A stretch of 64,000 nt of DNA from Naegleria gruberi (taxonomy: Eukaryota), in assembly GCA_000004985.1 (NCBI GenBank), contig GG738857.1. One strand, written 5' to 3'. Position numbers and translations under genes: made by a program. The notes below the pieces were generated by a model that saw only the letters and a program-made list of their open reading frames with translations, was not told the DNA's origin and ran no database searches. Within the stretch, counting starts at the first letter, position 1, and every line of letters starts with the position of its first letter. Shown here piece after piece: positions 55,024 to 64,000 of this stretch.

Positions 55024-58000
55024 GAACATAATCATAATAATTTTAATGATTTAAATGATATAGATTCATTAATGTCACCAACAGAAGCAACTTCCAAATC
55101 CATTTCCATTGGATTAGTTTCTAGTTTAGGTAAAAATGTAGCACTTGCATCAGCTCATATTCCATGGTATAAAAGAATTACAATGGGAATGGGTTATTAT
55201 TTAGGAATGGCAATGTTTTTAATATTTAAATTTACATTCATTTCAATACCTGTTTGGGTTTATCGTAAATCTACTGGTTACACTCCTCCACCTATTAAGG
55301 AACGTTTCGAACAAGTACCTGTTATTAAGGTTATTAAGAAACCTTCAAGAAAAGTTTCATCAAATATCAATTCTTCTACAAGTGTTAAACGTAATATTGT
55401 TGGTGGTGGTGCTAATACTAATAATAATAATACTGATAATAATAATATAACACCTACTACACCAAATGATTATATTAAATCATCAGTATCTAATACATCA
55501 TTATCATTAACTCCACAAACTCCAAGTGGTAGCGGCAATAATTTAATCATTTCAGATCCACTTGCAAGTGAATCAAGTCGATTACTATCACGTGAATATG
55601 GTAGAATTATTATGGAAGAATATATTGGTAAATTAACTAAAGAAGATATATTTCCTAAAAGAGCACATGATAAAGATACCAATCTAAAACAAGTTCTTGA
55701 AATTGATGTAGTTGACTTGAAAAAAGGTCTCACTCATGTACTAATTTGGGTAAAAGGACGTAAAAAATCGAGAGCAACACTTGCACCACTTTATTGGACA
55801 AGTTTAAATCATAATGATTGTTTCATTTTGGATTGTGGTAAAATTTGTTACATTTACAATGGACAATATTCTAACAAATTATGTAGAGCTAAAGCATTAG
55901 ATATTTCACAAATGATTAAATATAAGGAAAGAGGTGGTGATTGTCAAGTTGTAATTATTGATGGTATTGATTATTCTAATAATGGAAATAATTCTAATAA
56001 TAATTCTAATAACAATGACATGACACCATTATATAAAAAACAAGTATTACAATTTTGGAAAGAATTAGGATTAACAAGTGAAAATGAATTTTGTGAATTA
56101 TTAAATATTCACTTTCCTAAAAAGGAAGATTCTAGTAGTAGTAGTAATAATAATGTATTAAACAGATTAAAATTAACAGATAAATCTAAATTTACATCAA
56201 AAGATGAATTAAATGATGATTTATATCAACAATTTAATGATTTAGGTCAAAGATTATATAAATTAAATTCAGAAATCTTTGAAGAACTTCCACTAAAAAT
56301 AGAATTAAATGAAACACAAGATGAATACATAGAAAGAATATCACCATATATGTTAAGTGTTATAAAATTAAATCAAATACCAGGTGGTGAAATTGTAAAT
56401 TTAAAAGAATTAGAAAATTTATTAAATAATGAAAAGAATTTAATTGATCCAAATAAGGTATCAGAAATTACACAACCATCACATCATGTTTTACATTCTG
56501 ATCAATGTTACATTTTTGAAAGTTTATTTACAAATGAAGTTTTCTTTTGGAGTGGAAAACAAAGTAATTTAAATATTAGAAAATGGGGAATTGCTATTGC
56601 TAAAAAATTAGCACAATATAGATCTTTAAATAATAATCCATTTTCATTGAAAAATCCAATTTTACAACGTTTTAAATCTATTTTAAATAATTCTATTAAT
56701 ATTACTATAAATGGAAGTAATTCTATAAATGGAAATCAATTACCTAATAATAGAAAATATTTATCATCCATTACACGTGTTATAGAAGAAGGTGAACATT
56801 CTATTTATAAACAAAAATTTAGTGATTATCCAGGAATGTTAATGATTCAAACACAATCACAAGAATCACGTGGAAATGTTGCAGAAAAAAAGAAACAATC
56901 AAAAATTAATTTTTTAGAATTATTAAAATCTAAAAATAATTTAAAAGAAGAATTAAAATCTAATTCACAAAAACAATTTATTGATCCAACTTTAGTAACT
57001 ACCATATATAGTAGTAAAATTAGAATGTGGAGAGTGAGTGATTTTCAAAAAATACCATATCAACATTTAGGTCATTTCTTTACAGGTGATGCATTTATTA
57101 TTTTATTTACCTATACAAAAATAGAAGGTGGTAAATCTTTCCATAAATTATTCTTTTGGCAAGGAAGAGATATTAAAAAGAAAGATAAAGGAACATCTGC
57201 ATATAAAACTGTTGAAATTAATGAAATGATTGATGAAGGTGTTGTAGAAAATCAAATTAGAGTTGTACAAGATAAGGAACCTAAACTATTTTTAGATTTA
57301 TTTAAATTTAACCCAAATAGTATGGAAGAGAGTACTACTATTGAAAATGATAAACATTATAAGAAGGTACCTTATTTTATTCATAAGGGTAAATATAGAC
57401 CTTCTGTTTTGGAATCTTTTGAAAAGGCTAACAAATTATCTTCTATTATTGGTAATATTTCTAATAATAATAATAATGGAAATATTAATCCAAAATCATC
57501 ACCATTACCAAAATTAAATATTTCTAATAATACAAATGATAATAATAATACAAATAATACCACTACAACTACACCAACAACACCTACAATTTCAAATGAT
57601 GAAGAAATGAATCTTGCACCTGTTAAATTATTTACTTCCATAAATGGAAATTTAGATGAAAATGAAAAATTTTCACCTCAAATTTTACAATTCCAAACAG
57701 AAATGATTGAAAGAATAATTTCTAAAAATATAAAATTAGAATATTTAAAATCCTATGATTTTAGAAATGGAATTTTATGTGAAACTGATGATTTACATCC
57801 AAATTATTTAAATCCATTTAATTTAATAATTTTTTCAAATTTAAATTTTAATGTTTATTTAAATAGAATTGAACTAAATAAGGAAATTGAACAAGATGAT
57901 TTAAAAACTATTATTTATTATGGAAAATATTGTAAAGAATCTGATAAGAAATTTATTGAAAATAATGTTTTAAATTTATTTAATAATAATAATATAATTA

Positions 58001-58908
58001 CTATAAATGGAAATAATCAAGAATTATTAGAAAATGTATTTACTAAGGAAATTGATCCAACATTTGAATATTTTATTTCTAGATTTAATAATTATTTAAA
58101 TACTTTTGAATTTAAAAATAATTATAATATTTCCTTTTATAATATTAATGATCATTCAGGTGAATTTACTTTAAATAGATTGGATCCATTTGGTGAAATT
58201 GATTTATCTTCTTCACAAGCCTTTATTTTAGATTGTCTTGATTTAGAAGGTAAAATCTATGTTTGGATTGGAATGTTATGTAATATTGAAACAAAGAAAT
58301 TTGCACTTTCAACTACCATTCAATATTACTATACATGGAAATCACAAACTTGTAATGATGAATTTTATAAGAAGAAACCTCAAAATGATGACATGGATGA
58401 TTTTGATCCAAGTAAATTTTTACAAAAATCAGATGAACAATCATTACTTGTCATTCAAGAAATGGAAGAACCACAAGAATTTACAAAACATTTCATTTCA
58501 TGGTCAATTAATTCAACTTCATTCAAAGTTAGATTTAAACAATTACAAGATCCAAATTTAATTTCAAAGGGTTTTGTTAAAACACCAAGAACTCCAAGAA
58601 GATCAAATATTAATGTTCAAATTTCTAAACATGAAAAGAATTTATTTGAACATTCTTCATCCATTTTTGAAATTGAACATTGTTCAAATGTTTTACAATT
58701 ATATAACAAATTATTTACTCACAAAACTTATAGTTATGCAATTTTAACAAGTGGTGCAAATATTCCAGAAGGTATTGATAAATCTAAATTAGAATCTTAT
58801 TTATCAAATGAAGAATTCCAAAAAGTATTTGGAATGGATAAAAAGAAATTTGCTACTTTACAAAATTGGAAACAAACCTCTTTGAAAAAGGAAAAGAATT
58901 TATTTTAA
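53248..58908 (+). CDS. Villidin-like giant: coronin-type WD40 N-terminus + gelsolin repeats + C-terminal villin headpiece
   Basis: Single 1886-aa ORF. Coronin-like start: RPSKYRHLNGFETKSERYENINV...NIIRYWKLP...IRIYDIRL. Gelsolin-type segments: LIWVKGRKKSRATLAPLYWTSLNHNDCFILDCGKICYIYNG; IRMWRVSDFQKIP...GDAFIILFTY...LFFWQGRD; AFILDCLDLEGKIYVWIG. Headpiece: LSNEEFQKVFGMDKKKFATLQNWKQTSLKKEKNLF. Long Asn/His/Thr low-complexity linkers are present. Confidence 0.85.
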
Positions 58909-58975
58909 ATCACTCGCATATATTATTATTAAATTTGTATATTTTTTAAAATGATCATATTCTTTCAAAAGAAGA

Positions 58976-61607
58976 TTAATAATTTGTACATCCATTTTCC
59001 TTCATGTACTTTTCTGCATCAAGTCTAGAAGTAAATGATTTAAATTTTGCTCCTTGAAATTGATCAACTTGAATTTTACATTCGTCCCACGTATTAAATA
59101 TACCTGTTCTTCTACCAATACAAACACAATATAATTTACCACTCTTTGACATTCCACTACTTCCACTTCCACTTCCACTACTACCATAACTTTTAGATGT
59201 ATTACTGTTACTGTTGGATGTTATTGCTCTTCCAGGATTAAGTTTTGATTTTTTCATAATTTGTGAATGATAAGATGTTCCACTCTGAGTAGAATTTGAA
59301 TCATTTTTACGTTTCTTTGTATTTCCACCACCACTTGTAAAATCTGATAAATCTAAATTTTGTAAAGTTTCTTCAAATATTTTTCTTCTCTTTTCAAAAG
59401 ATTCTTCATTCTTTTTTAATAAATTTTCAATAAATAAATCTTTTGAACTTGTATCTTGTGCTGAATATTGTTCTTGTTTTTTAAGTTTGTTATAAAAATC
59501 AATTGCTTCTCTATTTATATGTCTAGTTAAATTATATGAATTAAAATTTGTAACTTTTAAATATTTCATTGTTTTTGCACGTGATAATGCAACATAGATT
59601 TGACCTGGACTAAACACTGTTGATAAATCAATTACACATTTTTGTAATGTTAATCCTTGTGTTTTATGTACTGTCATGGCTATTATTATTAAATTTAAAA
59701 ATATAAAATATTAAATATTAAATATTAATATAAATTAAATATTAATATAAAAATATTAAATTATTAAATATTAAATTAAAAAACATACCATAAGCTAATT
59801 TTAAAGGAATTTGAATTCTAACACCTTTAGATTTTTTTGGACCATCTGTTTCAAAAATGGTAGGATGTACAATTTTAATAATTTTAATTTCCTTTCCATT
59901 TTCTTCTCTTGTAAAAACCACTTTTGGAAATAATTCACCATTTTCATTAATATATTGTTCAGCATATTGTTTAATATTCTTATTTGAACTTTGTAAATCA
60001 CTTGGTGTTTGTTTAATAAAACCAATAATTTCACCTCTTGTTCCATTCACTAATTGATTTGTAAAATCATTTTTAATTATCATTACTTGTGCTCCAATAC
60101 GTAAATTAATTTCCTGTGATGCATTAGATGAATTAAAATTTGTTAATATAGCACTTTTAATATATTCTTTAATAGTTGGATGATCTACTTTTGGATCATA
60201 ATCTCCATATGAAAAAAATGTTTGATCTCTATAAGTATATTGTGGTGGTGATAATTTTAATAATTCTGTATCATTCACTGTATCTACATTCTTATTTAAT
60301 GTATGAATAACTGTTGCCTTTTCAATTCCATCAAATTTATTATTTTCTAATCTTTTTAATGTTTGTACTATATTATTATTAGTTTGACAACATCTAATAG
60401 AATTTAATATTGATATCCATTCTTTTTCTTCCTGTCTAAATACATTACTCAATTCAAATGTATATTTAATTGTACGTTCCCAACATGTAGCTTTAAAACA
60501 CATTTCCTTTTTTTGATAAATAGTTTCACCATGTTCATTTTTAAATGATTTACTAACAGGTGGTAACTATAAATATATTTGATAGATTTTGAATAGATAT
60601 TGTAGTAGAATTATTATTATTAGATTAGATTAATGTGAATATGAATATTATATTTTGAGATTAAATTGAATGGTATTAGATTTGATTGGTGTGAATATGA
60701 TTGAAAATCATTAAAAAAAACAAACCTGTAAGAAATCACCACATAAAATAACTTGAATTCCACCAAATGCAGGTAATTGTTTCATAATAACTTCTTTAGG
60801 TGCTCTAGATGCAGCAATTTCAAAGAAACATCTAATTTCAGTTGCAATTGATTCTAATTGATCAAAATATTGACCATCAATCATTGAAATTTCATCAACA
60901 ATTAAAACATCAACACTTCTCCATTCTTTTTCATTTCTCCAAGCTGTTTTACTATCAACTTTACCATTATCCAATGTTCTAATACCTGCAAATGAGCTAA
61001 TTAATTTTTAAATAAAGTATTACAATATAATTACAATGTTAAATATAAGTATACTATAATAATTAGAAATATTTACATACTGTATAGTTGATCCACCAAT
61101 ATTAACAGCAGAAATACCAGTTGAAGCAGTCACCACAACTTTCTTTTGTTGAACATTTGATAAAGTTTGAATAATACATTCTAATAAGAAACTTTTACCA
61201 GTTCCAGCAACACCTGTAATAAAAACTGAATGTCCTTCCATTACACATTTCAAAACATTCATTTGTTCATCACTTAATTTTGATAACAAGCCTTGATAGG
61301 TATCACATTGATTTAAATCAAAACTAGCTAATTCGGGAAATATTGTTGAAGGTAATTCTTGTTGTTTACTTTTCAATTTCATATCATTTGCAAATGATGT
61401 AATTGATCCGAGTGTTTTTGGAGGTGCTTTAGTTGTTGTTGCTGTTGATGTTGTTGTACTATTACTAACACCAGTACTAAAGGAAGGCTTTTTAGATGCT
61501 GAAGCTTTCTTAATTTTAGGTGGTGCACCTCCTCCGGAAGAAGGCATTGATCTTGGTTTTGGCTTTGCATTTGCAGGTACAAATACTACTCCATTCTTTT
61601 CTAACAT
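58976..61607 (-). CDS. PIF1-family 5'-3' DNA helicase fused to a C-terminal RNase H1-type hybrid-binding domain (HBD / Cauli_VI-like)
   Basis: Exons 61081..61607, 60726..60996, 59789..60566 and 58976..59679, with introns of 84, 159 and 109 nt, all phase-consistent. Helicase motifs are restored across junctions: Walker A GVAGTGKS; GGSTI|H SFAGI; LIVDEISMI; LCGDFLQ|LPPV; LAY|AMTVHKTQGLTL; GQIYVALSRAK. The C-terminal 45 aa (LYCVCIGRRTGIFNTWDECKIQVDQFQGAKFKSFTSRLDAEKYM) match the HBD pattern. I place the start at ATG 61607. Confidence 0.8.
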
Positions 61608-62226
61608 TATGATGATGAATTTGTGTTCAAAGCCTTTGTTGAATGTTTGAAGGCTTTTTTTTTGATTCAAAGTGTTTTTAACGTTCTATTAAAAATTAGA
61701 ACATTTTGGCGGGTTGAACGATTCTTGAACTAAGACACTTCTCAATAGAATTTATTAACAGGTAACAATGTCGAAATAACTTTATGATTAAGGGCATCCT
61801 GCTAACTCCCACTGATTTAAAAAGTCAGACGAAATTCACTAAAGTGGTAGTAGCATTGAATAATAATAAATAATTTAATTTTAAAATTGTAAAACGAAAT
61901 GATTATTATTCAATAATATCTTCACTGTTGGAGCACAATTTCCAATAATAATGCGATCATCAATGTCATTGTCATTTCCTTTCACATCATAATCACAAAA
62001 AAATCACTGATTCAAATCTATTCAATTAGCCTTTGTATTTGACTCTACTATTGTTGTTTCTCTGATTTTAACGTTTGATTCTCTCCAACTCACCTCTATT
62101 GGAGCCTTCATAACTTATAATACTCAACAGCGCTCTCTTTCACGAAATATCACAACACCTCATCAATAATAATTCATTGAAAAAAAACAATTCTATTGTA
62201 TCATATATATATTGTAGAGCAAAGAG

Positions 62227-63675
62227 ATGAATAACCGATTACTTGATGATGATCATGACGATGATAATGATTCACTCCTTACACCTGGATTAAATCAACA
62301 ACAACAACAACAACAAGCCTTCAGTAAGTCAACAAATCCAAACTCAACTAGTAGTTTACACGACCGATATGATGATGATGATGATATTTCTGGTGATGAA
62401 TATTTACCTCATAATTCACTATTATTGAATAATCAAAAAGACTCCAATACAACACAAGCCTCTAAAACAAATAAGAAATGGTGGAATTTAAAAAAGGATC
62501 GTAAATCACACGTCGTTTGTTGGATGATGATTTTAGGATCTGGATTATTATTGACTTCTATTGGTATCGTTTCAATGGTTTTATTAGTCATTTACTCTCC
62601 AACTCCAAAGGAAATGTATGTTTTCATATCGTTTTGATATATTTAAATAATAATATTATTTTTTACTTCAATATTTTTTATTCAATTAAATGAATGAAAA
62701 AATTTTGTAATAATTTTAATAATAATTTTAATAATAATTTAAAAATAGTTTGAATGGTACAAGTCCAATTAGTGAAAAACAATGGAAAGAAATAGTATTA
62801 GAAACATTTGGAGTAGTGAGTGGATTTGTTATTGGTATTGGAATAGTTTTATCAGTTACACNNNNNNNNNNNNNNNNNNNNNNNNNNNNNNNNNNNNNNN
62901 NNNNNNNNNNNNNNNNNNNNNNNNNNNNNNNNNNNNNNNNNNNNNNNNNNNNNNNNNNNNNNNNNNNNNNNNNNNNNNNNNNNNNNNNNNNNNNNNNNNN
63001 NNNNNNNNNNNNNNNNNNNNNNGCACAATTGTCATCTCAATTGAATCACAACAAGAAACAGCAAGTCAAGCTCAAAGAGAAGTTGGTACTAAATCAACTT
63101 CAGTGATTGCTGTATTGAAGAATATTAATTTTGTAACAAAATTAAGAACTGCCTCTATTACATTATATCCAATTTATCCATCAACATTGAATCCATCTGT
63201 TACAATACCATATAATGAAAGTATGAGAATTGTTGGATATAAATCATCTAATACTATTTCATTCACAGTTACAAGTTTAACAATTATTGGTGAAGTATTG
63301 GATAAATTAATTGAATTGGGTGTAACACAAATATCAAGTATTAATATGCAAGCAAATGAAACAGCTGTTAATAATGCACGTGAACAAGCTCTTTCATTGG
63401 CTGTACAAGATGCTAAATCTAAAATTGAAAAAGTTGTTGCAACATTGAATCCTGATTTAACCATTGAAACTATTAGAAGTAGAATGTATACCTATGATGT
63501 TAATATTGATAGTGTTAATAGACCAATTCCAATCGCATTCCCTTATTTTGCTCAAGGTGCTTCATATAGAATGGATGCTGCTCAATCACAATCTGTTCCA
63601 GTAGTAGGTGGTGATCAGACTATTGATTCATATGTTACTGTAAAGATGGTTTTTAGACAACAACAACAACAATAG
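62227..63675 (+). CDS. Membrane-anchored SIMPL/DUF541-domain protein (interrupted by an assembly gap)
   Basis: Exon 1 is 62227..62615, followed by a 133-nt intron 62616..62748 (phase 2). Exon 2 runs 62749..62861, then the gap, then 63023..63675. Two hydrophobic segments (VVCWMMILGSGLLLTSIGIVSMVLLVIY; VVSGFVIGIGIVLSV). The C-terminal ~200 aa follow the DUF541 pattern (...ITLYPIYP...IVGYKSSNTISFTV...LIELGVTQISSI...AREQALSLAVQDAKSKIEKV...). Confidence 0.6.
62862..63022. other. Assembly gap (161 N)
   Basis: Run of N inside the SIMPL-domain gene. Confidence 1.
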
Positions 63676-63942
63676 AATATTTGAATTATGATTCCTTATT
63701 GATTTTTTTGAGATTAATTTGAAAGACCTTTTTGTATTTTTTAATAATAAATTGCGAAACTTTTTTGTCAAGTTTTTGGAAGAAATTTCTGACAAGCCTC
63801 TTGTGAAGATAACTTGAAAGGCTTTGTTCTTCGAGCAAAAAATAGAATATCACCACTCAAAAAAATACCTAAGTGATCCACCTAGTGATTCACCCCAACA
63901 ACTGTAAATAACAATCATTCCGAATCAAAGCCTTTGTACAAT

Positions 63943-64000
63943 ATGTCCCGTAAAACAACCTCTCAAGAAGAAAAGCTCGACATTGTTGTTGACTTTTTCC
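63943..64000 (+). CDS. 5' end of a gene running off the window (first 19 codons, MSRKTTSQEEKLDIVVDFF...)
   Basis: An ATG at 63943 followed by open frame to the window end. The S..EEK...F start is faintly reminiscent of Mnd1-family N-termini, but 19 residues cannot support a call. Confidence 0.25.
   Translation, partial: MSRKTTSQEEKLDIVVDFF

Noticed and set aside
53248-58908. Dictyostelid origin of the window (suggested by the villidin-like gene, Asn tracts and AT-richness)
   Set aside because: The clear BBS1 orthologue at 31968..33826 argues for a flagellated organism.
1-64000. Prokaryotic-style features (CRISPR arrays, operons, IS elements, defence islands)
   Set aside because: The sequence is clearly eukaryotic, with spliceosomal GT-AG introns, Pol III genes with T-run terminators and eukaryote-specific families (PLC-delta, BBS1, ARF, villin headpiece). 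I saw no direct-repeat/spacer arrays or transposase ORFs.
1-64000. Alternative (ciliate-type) genetic code
   Set aside because: Long ORFs end on TAA, TAG and TGA (for example 33826 TAA, 17717 TAG, 17848 TGA), and conserved domains contain no in-frame stops.

Overview
Eukaryotic nuclear DNA, AT-rich and very gene-dense. It holds about 31 protein-coding genes on both strands, two clean tRNAs (Ser-CGA, Glu-UUC), a 5S rRNA, one aberrant tRNA-like Pol III-type gene and two assembly gaps (N runs). The genetic code is standard: TAA, TAG and TGA all terminate ORFs. Start codons sit in AAAAATG contexts, and introns are GT-AG, mostly 39-51 nt. I found no prokaryotic features (no CRISPR, operons or IS elements). 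A clear BBS1 (BBSome) orthologue in otherwise Dictyostelium-like sequence points to an amoeboflagellate, perhaps a Naegleria-like heterolobosean, rather than a dictyostelid. That is inference only. The most notable feature is a 12-kb cluster at 34.3-46.6 kb. It interleaves three paralogous coiled-coil proteins sharing a C-terminal domain, an ankyrin-pseudokinase-PARP protein, and two HSPA12-type Hsp70-like ATPases, one fused to a vWA domain. The cluster genes share promoter-proximal motifs and carry three single-nucleotide frame breaks at homopolymer runs. Other notable items are a PIF1 helicase fused to an RNase H1-type hybrid-binding domain, a villidin-like coronin-gelsolin-headpiece giant, a BTB-ARF fusion, tandem paralogues with near-identical nucleotide blocks, and ultra-short introns. 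All domain calls were made by eye from motifs. No database or HMM searches were run. Exon boundaries come from GT-AG sites, reading phase and paralogue or family conservation, not from transcript data.
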